A stretch of 64,000 nt of DNA from Marsupella aquatica (taxonomy: Eukaryota > Plantae > Marchantiophyta): assembly GCA_973895155.1 (NCBI GenBank), contig OZ316894.1, forward strand, positions 2,806,457-2,870,456, read 5' to 3'. The position numbers and the translations under genes were made by a program. Positions 47,382 to 58,647 of the stretch are shown in pieces (within the stretch, counting starts at the first letter, position 1; each line of letters begins with the position of its first letter). The notes below the pieces were generated by a model. That model was not told the origin of the DNA. It made no database searches and saw only the letters and a list, made by a program, of their open reading frames with translations.

Positions 47382-50300
47382 ATGAACCAGGATATGAATT
47401 TCTCAATGTCCAAGGACGAGAAACTTAATGGGAACAACTACCCATTATGGTCCTACAAGATGAAGCAGAGTTTCATCAAGGAGAAGATTTGGTACGTAGT
47501 TCGGGAGAATCTTCTTGGAGTGATCTTTGATGCTAACGATCCTGTCAATCCCACTCCCGCTGAGCGACGTACAGCTCAGAACAAGGCATTATATATGCTG
47601 ACTAAAGCAGTAGAGGACAAGATGCTTGCTAGATATGTGCGGATTGATGATCCAGCTTTTCTCTGGGCAGAACTCCGCCGTGCTTGTGCAGGCAACACCA
47701 CTTCTCGCCGTGCTGTACTCAAACGGAAGCTTTTCAGTCTCAGATTCCCTGAGTCTGCTACCATGACTACTAACTTCAGCACTGTCAATGAGTTACTTAA
47801 CGATCTTGCTGCTGTGGATGTCGCTTTTACTGATGAAGAATTGCAGGGAGTAATCATTGATGCTCTACCCCGTAGTTGGGAGACCTTCGGAGCTGTTCTT
47901 GCAGGACGAGAGAATATGCCTTCCTTCTCCCAACTGGAGAATATTGTTCGTGAAGAAGAGAGTCGTCGTGGTGCTCGCAATTATGCTGGTGAAGAGGCGC
48001 TATTTGTCCGTCATGTTTTCCCCCCACCTGCACCTTATGGCCGGTTCAACAACGCAGGGGGACGTGCCCGCGGTCGTGGAGGTCCTAATTTTGGAGGAAG
48101 AGGGGGCCGTGGACGTTTCCCGGCGCCATTGAACAACAACAACCGTGGAGACAACAACAACCGTGGGGCCTGCTTCACGTGCAGCGACCCCAGCCATGTT
48201 GCCCGCAACTGCCCTTTCCGTGGTCTCGAAACTGAGTTGCAACGCCTCACCGCTCGTATGACTCAGATGAACATTGGGGCTGGACGTGCTGCAAACCTCG
48301 TGGAGACAAATTTTGGTCCAAACCCGAATCCCGACGTTGAAGAATATTTTGATGCTGCACCTGAGAATGTCGATACGGTTACAGCTGACCAGATTCTGGA
48401 GGCCAATTTTACTGAGGTGATAGCACAGCCTGATCACCCGGAATGGATCTTCGACTCTGGAGCTAACACCCACCTCACTAGTGACAAATCTGGACTCACA
48501 AATTTTGTAGCTCTTGCCCCTGGATCCTCGGTGGCAACCGCTGGTGGGGCTGCCTTGGATATCAAGGGTAAGGGCACCCTCATTCTTGATCAGAATAAAC
48601 TTTTGAACGTTTTGTATGTGCCGCGTGCCCGTCGTAGCCTTATCTCTGTTGGAAATCTGGCTGATTTAGGACAAACTATATGTTTCAATTCCTCACAGTG
48701 TGTGGTGTTAGATCAAGAAAATCAAGTTAGCATGCATGGGGCACGTGATCCAGTGACTCGCCTATACACTCTAGTTCCCAAGCCTCCACCTAAGCTTGAG
48801 CAACTCTCCTTACCGATAGCTTCATGTCACATCGCCACTACTTCTTCATCTAATGCTGAACTTTGGCACAAACGCCTTGGACATATCCATTTTCAGAAAT
48901 TAGCACACATGAGTTCAACTCACCTAGTTGTCGGCATTCCACATATTTTGCCAGTCAACACAATATGCAGCACTTGCATGGTAGCCAAGCAAACACGGGA
49001 AAGAATTCCAAAGCACTCTCTGACACAAACAACTAGGCCTTTTGAGCTAGTTCACTCTGACGTTTGGGGCCCAGCCCGTGTACCATCCTTAGCAGGCTCT
49101 CGCTATGTCCTCACATTTACCGACGACTACACACGGTATACCTGGACATTCTTCCTTCGTTTCAAATCCGAAGTCTTTTCTACTTTCAAAGACTTTTGTG
49201 CTTCTGTCCAGAGTCAATTCGGATATCAGGTTGGATGCCTGCGAACCGATCGAGGTGGAGAATACATTTCTCATGATTTTCAACAATTCTGCTCCACTAG
49301 AGGCATTTTTCGTCAACTCACTGCCGCCTACACTCCACACCAGAACGGTGTCTCTGAGCGTAAAAATCGAACTCTCATTGAAGCGGCTCGCAGCCTTTGC
49401 TTTGGTGCTCATTTTCCGGCACCTCTTTGGGAAGAGATGGTGCGGACTGCTACTTATATTCTGAACCGATGTTCCACTCGAGCTCTCTACAAAACAACTC
49501 CTTTTCAGCATCTTCATGGAATCAAACCTGACGTTAGTCATTTCCGAGTCATTGGCTGCTCAGCATATATTCACATCCCTGCTCCATTACGCTCTAAGCT
49601 TGAACCAAAATCTCTCAAAGCTATTTTTGTTGGTTACGATGAAAACACCAAGGGATATCGTTGTTACTCGCCCAGTAGACGTAAAATTATTATCAGTCGC
49701 AATGTTCGTTTTGATGAGTCTGAACTTGGCATCTTTGCCGTTGCTGGTCCTGAACCCACTTCCATCGATTTTGGGGATTTATCGCCTTTTGACTCAATTG
49801 CTCCACCTATACCAGACATTGTTCCTGCTCCCGATGATAATACCGACCCAGACTCCACTCTAGGAGATCACAAGGATACTGCTCCGCCTGACACGGTTAT
49901 AGCAGATCCACCCATAGCTCCAGTTGAATATCGTCGCTCTGGCAGACTCCGCTCTCATAATTCTAGGCTTCTTGGGTTTTATGCTGAACCTCCTCCTTTA
50001 GAATTATCGGCTTGTGCTATCGAAACTTCTGATCCAACTATCACTGACAACATTTCTCTTCGTGAAGCACTCACTCACCCTGACTGGTCTGGAGCTATTG
50101 ACGAAGAGATGGACTCCATCCATAAAACCAACACTTGGACCCTTATGGAATTACCCCCTGGCAAGCGCGCCATTCCATCTATGTGGGTCTTCAAACGGAA
50201 ACCTATCTCTGCCACTCATGGTCGACTGAAGGCTCGTCTTGTTGCCAAGGGCAATTATCAGCAACATGGCATCGACTACTTTGAGACTTTTGCGCCAGTG

Positions 50301-51650
50301 GTCAAATGGACAACTCTCCGAACTATCACTGCCATATGTGCTTCCCGTGGCTGGCAGATCACTCACATGGATGTCGACACGGCTTTTCTAAACAGCAAAG
50401 TTCATGAAGATATTTACATGCATCAGCCTCCTGGACGTCGCATTGCTGGTAAGGAGCATCTTGTATGCCATCTCAACAATTCACTCTACGGCCTTAGACA
50501 ATCCTCCAAAGCTTGGTACGACACTTTACATGCACTATTACAGAAGCTTGGTTGGATTCGTAGCTTACTTGATAACAATCTTTACTATTTTCTTGATGGA
50601 TCAGACATTACTGTGTTGCTCACTCATGTTGACGATTTTTTTCTCACTGGGAGCAACGATACTCTTATTAGCTCCCACAAGACTGAACTTCGTAAGCACT
50701 TCAGCATGAAGGATCTTGGCCATGTTCAAAAATATCTAGGGATAGAATTTGATTCTTCTGCTACCGGAATCAAAATGCATCAACACAACTACTGCAATGA
50801 AATTCTTCAAGAATTTCATATGGGCTCTTGTACTCCGGCCCTCACTCCCTTACCGACAGGTACCGTTCTATCTACTGATTCCGCCAGTCCTCCTGTCGAC
50901 GCTCATCTTTATTGTCGGATGGTAGGGAAACTAATTTACCTTACCAACACTCGCCCTGATATATCCTTTGCTGTCAGCCTAGTCAGTCGTTTTATGCAAG
51001 ATCCACATGAAGATCACATGCAAGCCACCAAGCACATCTTCAGATATCTTCGACACACTCTCAACTACGGCATTTTTTACAAACGGCATGCTCCACTCAC
51101 TCTTTCTGCTTATACCGATGCCGACTGGGCTACCTGCCCTACAACTCGCCGATCTGTTGGGGCATATTTACTTACTCTTGGGGATAGCCCCGTTTCTTGG
51201 AACAGCAAACGTCAAGCCACAGTGAGTAAATCTTCTACGGAATCAGAATATATGGCTCTATCATCTGGGGCACAAGAAGCTGTATACATCCGCCGACTGC
51301 TGCTGGAACTTCAACTCATTCCCCATGTTGAGGTCACACTCAATTGCAAAGACCATCACATTCTTGATGCTCTTCACTCTTCTCGTCCAACTCTTCACTG
51401 TGACAACGAAGGTGCCATCAAGCTTGCACGAAACCCCGTTTTTCATGCTCGCACCAAACATATCGAAGTCCATCACCACTTCGTTCGGGAACGCGTCCTT
51501 GAGGGGGAATTAAACCTCACGTACATCCCAACTGATCTTCAACCTGCTGATGTACTCACCAAGGCCTTATCCCGACCTCACTTTGAACGACATCGATCTG
51601 CTATTGGAGTTCTGGACTTGAGTTGCATTCCCGATACTATACCACTTTGA
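47382..51650 (+). CDS. Copia Gag-Pol polyprotein (1,422 aa)
   Basis: CCHC knuckle CFTCSDPSHVARNC; protease WIFDSGA; integrase WHKRLGH..CSTC, VHSDVWG, RTDRGGEY, NGVSERKNR; RT RLKARLVAKG, HMDVDTAFL, HVDD; RNase H YTDADW, STESEY, CDN, ADVLTK. Copia domain order PR-IN-RT-RH. Confidence 0.97.
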   Translation: MNQDMNFSMSKDEKLNGNNYPLWSYKMKQSFIKEKIWYVVRENLLGVIFDANDPVNPTPAERRTAQNKALYMLTKAVEDKMLARYVRIDDPAFLWAELRRACAGNTTSRRAVLKRKLFSLRFPESATMTTNFSTVNELLNDLAAVDVAFTDEELQGVIIDALPRSWETFGAVLAGRENMPSFSQLENIVREEESRRGARNYAGEEALFVRHVFPPPAPYGRFNNAGGRARGRGGPNFGGRGGRGRFPAPLNNNNRGDNNNRGACFTCSDPSHVARNCPFRGLETELQRLTARMTQMNIGAGRAANLVETNFGPNPNPDVEEYFDAAPENVDTVTADQILEANFTEVIAQPDHPEWIFDSGANTHLTSDKSGLTNFVALAPGSSVATAGGAALDIKGKGTLILDQNKLLNVLYVPRARRSLISVGNLADLGQTICFNSSQCVVLDQENQVSMHGARDPVTRLYTLVPKPPPKLEQLSLPIASCHIATTSSSNAELWHKRLGHIHFQKLAHMSSTHLVVGIPHILPVNTICSTCMVAKQTRERIPKHSLTQTTRPFELVHSDVWGPARVPSLAGSRYVLTFTDDYTRYTWTFFLRFKSEVFSTFKDFCASVQSQFGYQVGCLRTDRGGEYISHDFQQFCSTRGIFRQLTAAYTPHQNGVSERKNRTLIEAARSLCFGAHFPAPLWEEMVRTATYILNRCSTRALYKTTPFQHLHGIKPDVSHFRVIGCSAYIHIPAPLRSKLEPKSLKAIFVGYDENTKGYRCYSPSRRKIIISRNVRFDESELGIFAVAGPEPTSIDFGDLSPFDSIAPPIPDIVPAPDDNTDPDSTLGDHKDTAPPDTVIADPPIAPVEYRRSGRLRSHNSRLLGFYAEPPPLELSACAIETSDPTITDNISLREALTHPDWSGAIDEEMDSIHKTNTWTLMELPPGKRAIPSMWVFKRKPISATHGRLKARLVAKGNYQQHGIDYFETFAPVVKWTTLRTITAICASRGWQITHMDVDTAFLNSKVHEDIYMHQPPGRRIAGKEHLVCHLNNSLYGLRQSSKAWYDTLHALLQKLGWIRSLLDNNLYYFLDGSDITVLLTHVDDFFLTGSNDTLISSHKTELRKHFSMKDLGHVQKYLGIEFDSSATGIKMHQHNYCNEILQEFHMGSCTPALTPLPTGTVLSTDSASPPVDAHLYCRMVGKLIYLTNTRPDISFAVSLVSRFMQDPHEDHMQATKHIFRYLRHTLNYGIFYKRHAPLTLSAYTDADWATCPTTRRSVGAYLLTLGDSPVSWNSKRQATVSKSSTESEYMALSSGAQEAVYIRRLLLELQLIPHVEVTLNCKDHHILDALHSSRPTLHCDNEGAIKLARNPVFHARTKHIEVHHHFVRERVLEGELNLTYIPTDLQPADVLTKALSRPHFERHRSAIGVLDLSCIPDTIPL

Positions 51651-51804
51651 AAGCCAACGCCACATTTCTGTTTAGTTCTTTTGATCTGTCTGTAGCCTGT
51701 TTGATCTGCTCCGGTGGACCTATCAAACTCCGTGTACATCCAAGTGATTTACGTAATCTTGTCACATCCTGTTTACTTTCTCATACACTTAGAGCGAGGG
51801 AGGG

Positions 51805-52103
51805 TGTTGACAGTCACTTTGCTTCATGATTCATAGCAAAGTACCATGCGCTTCTAAGTGAGAAGTATGATTGTATCAGGCTGTTCTGCTGTGTCCACTC
51901 CCCCGGATATTATGGCTTGTTATCCGCTTGCTTGCTTTGATGATTAGTAGGGACGTGCCCTGTACGTATCACATTTCACCGTAGATCTATGTTCTACCTC
52001 CTAATGGATTAAAATCCATCTGTATCTCTGGCATGTATTTATGTGGGGGCCCCGCCTCCCCTTTCCCACTCATCACAGGAGATCAATAAACTTGTTCTCT
52101 TCA
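51805..52103 (+). repeat. 3' LTR of the copia element
   Basis: Copy of 46861-47159, preceded by a polypurine tract at 51791-51804. Confidence 0.97.
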
Positions 52104-53265
52104 CCCTCCTCTACAGCAGCCTTCCAAAGCATAATCATCTCCTTCGTCAAAAACAAGGTATCACAATATCACACACCCTCCGTCCTCTCAGCGATATCTG
52201 AGTCGTACTCTCAATTCAGCCATTCAGTTCACAATCCGTGCGAACACATCCAATCAATCACGCTATCGAGCAATCCCACAATTGCTGAACCAATCACTCA
52301 GTAGAAACGACGATGAATCCTTTCACTTGGGACACGGCCTGTGACATCCTCGAGCTACAGTAGAGAGAGAGCGAGAGATTGGGTCCAATGGTTTGCTGCA
52401 TACGACATCAATGCTTCAATGTTGATTTCGGCGCCCCACTTCCGGCTGATCCGATCGAGTTGGGACGGGCAATGGACTAGATCGCCTCCGAGGCACGAAG
52501 AAAGAGCGCAACTACTACTGCATCGAAGAATCGTCACCCACTCGACTTCTCTGTGTTTCTTCTGTGCACGACGACATGACCGTCTCCTACTCTCCTCCGA
52601 GCCTACGGTCGCGGACAACGGCGGCATCCGACCGTTGCCACCGTCGACCCCCCCCAAATCCCCTCGACGGTGAGAGATTTCTTTCCTATAGTTAAATACT
52701 GGCCCCTTCGAGGAACGAAAGTGACTGAAATGTTGTAAATAGTGGACGCTAAATTAAACCACAAGTGCCCATATATATATATGGGAGGTGTCCAAGACCT
52801 CATCTAAAATATAGATGAGTGCCAAATAATCCGACAATAAAAATATTCTTTATTCTTTACATTTATTTATGATTTGTCTTCATTGCTAGCATCCCCAAAG
52901 TTAAATGAGGCAGGCTGAGTTATTGTTTTGTCTTGTAGTGATCTGAAAGTAAATAAAATATGAGAGCATAGAAATGTTGTTATATAAATAAAGTGTCTAC
53001 CGAGAAAAGCACAATGACCAAGAAAAGGTACAGTCAAACGATGCTACGATGTGTGCACTTAACTCAGGGTGCCTAATGAATGACACCCCTTTCAAAAAAG
53101 ACCATAAACCTAGGAAAGAAAAACATGAGGAGAACTTAAGAGGCTATGCATTTATGTTCTTCAGCATCATTTCTCTCACTTGTGGTGGTGGAGCCTTTGA
53201 TTTCATCTCTAAGAAAACACATATTGTAAAAGGGGACTGCCAAAATAAGTTCAAAACACTCTAGA

Positions 53266-53422
53266 ATACTTAAAATTAAAGGGGTCTAAAAATTAATTAA
53301 AAATATATAGAATACAAAGGCTGCCCCTTGATAAGGCAGATTAAATACTTAAAACTAAAGGGGTCTAAAACTTAATTAAAAATGTATAGAATACAAAGGC
53401 TGCCCCTTGATAAGGCAGATTG
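53266..53422. repeat. 79-bp tandem duplication
   Basis: AATACTTAAAA(T/C)TAAAGGGGTCTAAAA...GGCTGCCCCTTGATAAGGCAGATT x2. Confidence 0.88.
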
Positions 53423-53979
53423 AAATGAAAATACATGACACAAAAATTTGAATAAGACAAAATCCAAAATGTACATTCACCATATAGCAGCTTCAAAATA
53501 TAAAGGGTTCACTCTCGACCTAATCCATTAAAGTGTGTTTCTATCACAAATTACTAGTAATATTCCACAATTTTCCACAATTTTGGGCCACGTCTGACCC
53601 TTGGTACCCCCTTAACAGAGTCTCAACGGTGAGGGAATTCTTTCCTTTAGTTAAATACTGGCATTTCATTAGATTATTATATACTGACAACTTAGAGTAT
53701 GAGTCCTAAGGTTGGTTTTCTGCACCCAAGGGCATGCGCCTTTTCCCCTCGTAGGTCAGACCTACAAGCAAGATGATTATAATATGACAACCCTACAGCA
53801 AAGGACAAAAGCTCATACTGAGTCCGTACATGAAAAAGAAGGCCAAGACTTTTGTCCATCAAACATTTCTTTTAAAGATTTTTTATAAAATACATGTGTT
53901 TCTTTAATTAATATTTTGGACAACCACTTTCATGTCACAATATCTTCTATTCAACATCATCTTTTACGTGACAATATCT

Positions 53980-54283
53980 TCTTTGCACGGCACAGGTCAA
54001 TAGCAAGTAGGCAATACTCAAAAACCAAAGCTCTCATTTGTAGAAGCATTATATGCCACAATGTTCTGTATCTTCTTTGCAAGGCACAGGTCAATAGCTA
54101 CAGTATTAGGCAATAGATTCTCAAAACTCAAAGCCAAATCACTCATTTGTAGGAGCATTATAGGCAACAATGCACTGTATCCTCTTCCTTTGCAAGGCAC
54201 AGGTCAATAGCTACAGGAGTAGGCAATAGATTATCCAAACTCAAAGCCCAAGCTCTCATTTCTGGGAGCTTATATGCCACAAT
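53980..54283. repeat. Tandem repeat of about 100-110 bp x3 (TTTGCA(A/C)GGCACAGGTCAATAGC...CTCATTT...GCATTATA)
   Basis: Direct reading. Confidence 0.8.
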
Positions 54284-55006
54284 GCCCCTGGAAACAGGAT
54301 ACACGGACGGTGAGCAGTGCCCGCCGTCGAGTTTACGGTGAAAATTCTACGGTCAGCACTGGCGGTCAGCCGTCGAGTCATGACGCAGTCGGCCGTCACG
54401 AAGTAGCCGACAAAGACTCAGCCGCAGCCAAAATTCGGGAGTCCTCTCAACCGGCAGAGGAAGTAACCGCGGTAAGACCGAAACAGTCAGAAAGAGTCTA
54501 ATCTCCAACGAGCTGAAATGAAAGCTACTGTAGTTAATACAGCAGTATACCTTTGGAACAGGGCGGACTTGGCTGAGTGGTGAGGTCAGCCGGCCGCCAG
54601 AATGATGCCCCATGCTGCAGTTCCCGGCGAACATACCGTGAATTGCGTCGGGGCGAGAGTCGGGGTGTTTCGCAGCTGTTACCAGCTTCTGACCGGGGAT
54701 TGCCGGGCTGAACTGACGGTTCCGTGAATTGGGGGCAATCCGGCTGTTTCGAGGCTGTTACTGTAAAGTTCAGGGCCAAGTTCAGGGCCTTGACTGGGAT
54801 CGCCGGCCCAGTACACGCCTTCTCATGTAAAGACCTTCGCGAGAGTTTTCGTTTGTAACTTTGTTGATGGTGAGAACTATTCTTAGATTGTCTTTCAGTG
54901 CCAAATTATAAATTCTAGCCTGGTTAACCCTGCCTTGAGTGGAGACTGAGATGAGGACACAAAAAGATTCCCACTTATTTCCTGTTCATTTATGCCCCCT
55001 TCCTTG

Positions 55007-55303
55007 TTTTTTGTCTACCACCCTCTCTCTCAAATATGCTCTCACTTAGAGTTAGTCTACAGGCTTGTTTTTTTTCTACACCCTCTCTCTCAATTATGCT
55101 CTCATTTAGAGTTACGGTCTCCAGACAGTAGGTCCAGGAAGAAACTTTTGATGGGGTTTTATTAGTTAGATTAAGCCTGAACACGGGTTCACTCTAATGC
55201 CTCCATGGTATTCCAAAGCTGGGATGAATGGGGTTTTATTAGTTAGATTAAACCTGAACACGGGTTCACTCTAATATCTCCATGGATTTCCAAAGCTGGG
55301 ATG
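55007..55303. repeat. Two adjacent tandem duplications (60-bp unit at 55007-55112; about 78-bp unit at 55152-55303)
   Basis: CACCCTCTCTCTCAA.TATGCTCTCA.TTAGAGTTA x2; ATGGGGTTTTATTAGTTAGATTAA.CCTGAACACGGGTTCACTCTAAT...TTCCAAAGCTGGGATGAA x2. Confidence 0.85.
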
Positions 55304-56818
55304 AAGTCTGGGAAAGTAAAAAAACGCTCACTTTTTGCAGTTTTGATTGCAACATGACCTCACAACTTAGATGGACCTTGAGCCTGGGAGCCCCAAAAGT
55401 GTGACCATTATACAAACGAGGTATACTATTTGCATTCAAGTAACCTTTCAAAATGACCTCGTTTATGCTGATCCATCCTGCTTACTTTCTTCTAATTTAA
55501 AAATGACACCTCTAAGGTGAGATCTGACAAAGGTAATACTAGCAAAAGGGAATTCTCTGGTACCTATGGGGCCCCATGGCAGGTCACCAAAGACCTGGGT
55601 CAATAAAGTTATCATACTTGACGAGAGTTGACTTGGTCCAGACAAATTGTCTGAACAGTGTCGGTGACTGATTGGACGACTAGAAAACCTAACTGATTGG
55701 AATGTTATGGGAACTCGTTTTTATATCCGTGCCAGAAACAGTATGCTTTTTCCTGCAACCATGTGGGAGGTAGAGAGTTATGCTGTTCCCCCAACCCAAA
55801 ACAAAATCACCCAAATGTACTGTACATTTCGTCAAAGGTTAAAAAATGGAAAATTTGAGCACATTTCGTCATACTATGGCTGTGTATATACAGAGGACTA
55901 AAAGTACCCAATTAACATATCACTCCCTACCATCTTGAAATACATTATTGACTGCTTATATTCTTGGAAAACATGTTAGCATCTTTTTCAAAATTAGTTC
56001 GAGTACCCCTTGGTTATTTAAATATGATGTTATTCAACAACTAAGTTAGAGCACATGAAAAATTGCATACTGAATAGCTTTGAATATGGAGATGAGAGAG
56101 AAAAAAAGGTACATCTTTCATGGTAGTAGTCCATGCACAACTTCCCTTGGTACTCTAGGTCCATAGAGGTCATGCAAAATGTGTTATAGAAGCAGAAGGG
56201 TTTCTTACATTCCTTTGGTATTCTTTTATCCATAATAGTTGAAGGGTTTCTTATGTTCCCTTGGTGTTCTTTTGTCCATAGTAGCCGAAGGGGTTTCTAA
56301 CGTTACCTTGGTAAATGTTACAGTAGTCAAAGCATTTCTTTCTACCCAAGGTTATTCCAAAAATTGATAATGAAATGGAAAACTCATACAATCTACAGGA
56401 AAACAATCCATCCCAAGGTTATTTTTCAGACTCCTCTTTCTTTGTCTATTTGAAAAGTTACTTTTTAGTTTTCCATTGTTTGTATAATTACAAGGTCTAA
56501 CTGTTTGTTTTTACTTGTCTCAATCACATATAATCTTGTTTGGTATTTTTTGTATAACTAACCCTTCTTGTTTGTGACCAATAGTGTTTCCAAGGATTTT
56601 GGAAGGAGCTTCCCATGGGGTCCGTAAACAGACTAAAATATGTCTGTTAATTTTGAAGATTTCTTAACGTCCTTAAGTCTCACGTGGATCCTATATTTTG
56701 TTTGTATAATTCATGCTCCTTGTCGTTTTGCATTTTGGGTCATTTGAGGTTATATGCATATATACAACAAGAGAAACAAGCAAACACCAAAGTACAATTC
56801 TCACCTAGCCTTTGCTCT

Positions 56819-57120
56819 TGCATGTTTAATGTTATGCCTATACCTCACTAGCACTTGACTATATTTTTTGTAAAGAACACATAAAAGACTGGCCCAATGC
56901 CCATCTATTCCACTATATTGTTGATTAGTAAAGGATGTTGAGCAGAAGTGTTGTCAAGCATAATGGCCATCTACTGCATGTTTAATGTTATGCCTATACC
57001 TCACTAGCACTTGACTATATTTGTTGTAAAGAACACATAAAAAACTGGCCCAATGCCAATCTATTCCACTATATTGTTGATTAGTAAGGGATGTTGAGCA
57101 GAAGTGTTGTCAAGCATAAT
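56819..57120. repeat. Tandem duplication, period about 156 bp
   Basis: TGCATGTTTAATGTTATGCCTATACCTCACTAGC...GTGTTGTCAAGCATAAT x2. Confidence 0.9.
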
Positions 57121-58575
57121 TGATATGACCAGGCAGTTGGACATTGCAAAAGTCAACCACTGGATTTCAAGGAATGCGCACCTTGCCAGAAGAGTGGCAT
57201 ATTGGGTGTTAGAAAGGTGCACATTGGCACCTCCAGGCCCATCTAATGGTTGAGAAAAAAAATGAGACTGTAATCCAATGGCCAAGGACGCTTCCCCCCA
57301 TAATGACATTTCATAATAAATAGACCATGAGAGAAAGATTACATTTTGTAGTGTTTAGATACATTATGGTGTCTCAAAACTCAGAATTTGATGAACCTCA
57401 AATCCGCAGTTATGGGTTCCTGACACAAAAAGTTATAGACTACCAAATACATAGTCCATAGTTTTTTGCCATAAAGATTAGTAGTATGTCATGTTCCATT
57501 AGTTACTCTAGAGGCTAGTATAAAATAAACTAATACATAACCTTGTCAAAAATTAATGACCATTCCTTTATGGCACAAAAGCCATCATCCATAATTAATG
57601 AACCTTTGAAACACCCCATCTAGCTTGTCCATATAACATGGGCTCTATTTCAAACTTTCTCTACCAGGTTCAAGGTCTGCTGCCTACCCTCCCTGTCGCT
57701 TGTATCTGTTGTACTAGTTTAAGAATTATTAACAAAATGAAATGAAACCACAGTAGGGGTTTTCTAGCCTACTTGCTCAAACCAGCTTTCACCTTCTGGA
57801 GAAACTCAATTTGGTCCAACTGGAAACTACAGTGGAAGACAAGTATGTCGGTATATTTCTCTGTCAAGTGATCCTTTGATCTTGGAGCGGTGCAATTATC
57901 ATGCCCACTTGACCCTCTCGCCAAATTGCACATTGTATGTGCACAGCACCTCACCATCGTGGATTTCAGAGGTTTCGAAGAAATTCAAGGAAACAGACAA
58001 TTTCATTGCCAACCCACGATGGAACTTGTGGCTGTACACAACGCATTGTCAATTTGGGACACTCGTGATTCCACGGTCTTGGATGTGCGTCCTGGAGAAA
58101 ATGATATAACACAAATGACAGCCAGTCGAGGGTCATCGGAATTGTCTGGGATGAGCACTGAGGTGGATTTGAGTGCTTCGGAGAGAGAGTTCCGTCTTGC
58201 TGTCGGATAGAAAGCTCATCACCTCCACTTTACTAGTCTTGAGACATTGTCGTCCTTCACCGGGACTCTAAGCACGGCTCCAAGCCCACAATGCGCGTAC
58301 CCTGACCTCGATTGTACCGTCAGCTGCCCTGCCTGCGTCACTCTGAGGGTGTGTGATCATCGATTACGGAGTCAGAGAATCTGACTTCTGTCGCCGACTC
58401 GGCCATCGTTTTATGGGGCTAATGGATTTCTCGGAATTCCTTCACGTTCATCTGACGAGGTCAGCAGGACAGATCGTTTCATGAGTAGTCCTGCGTTAAG
58501 ATCAGTCTCTTGCAGGCTCAAGCCAGGCCCACAACTGCATGATATCGAACTTTCCAAAGCATGTAATTGTTTGCC

Positions 58576-58647
58576 TGGGCACCCTACCAACCGTATCAAC
58601 ACGCAGGGAGTGGGCACCCTACCAACCGTATCAACACGCAGGGAGTG
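58576..58647. repeat. Perfect 35-bp tandem duplication
   Basis: TGGGCACCCTACCAACCGTATCAACACGCAGGGAG x2. Confidence 0.95.

Larger units (their letters stand above)
46861..52103 (+). mobile_element. Intact Ty1/copia LTR retrotransposon (5,243 bp), very recent
   Basis: 299-bp LTRs at 46861-47159 and 51805-52103 (TG...CA, no differences found by eye); TSD CCCTC; PBS TGGTATCAGAGCC; PPT AGAGCGAGGGAGGG; single open gag-pol ORF. Confidence 0.98.
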
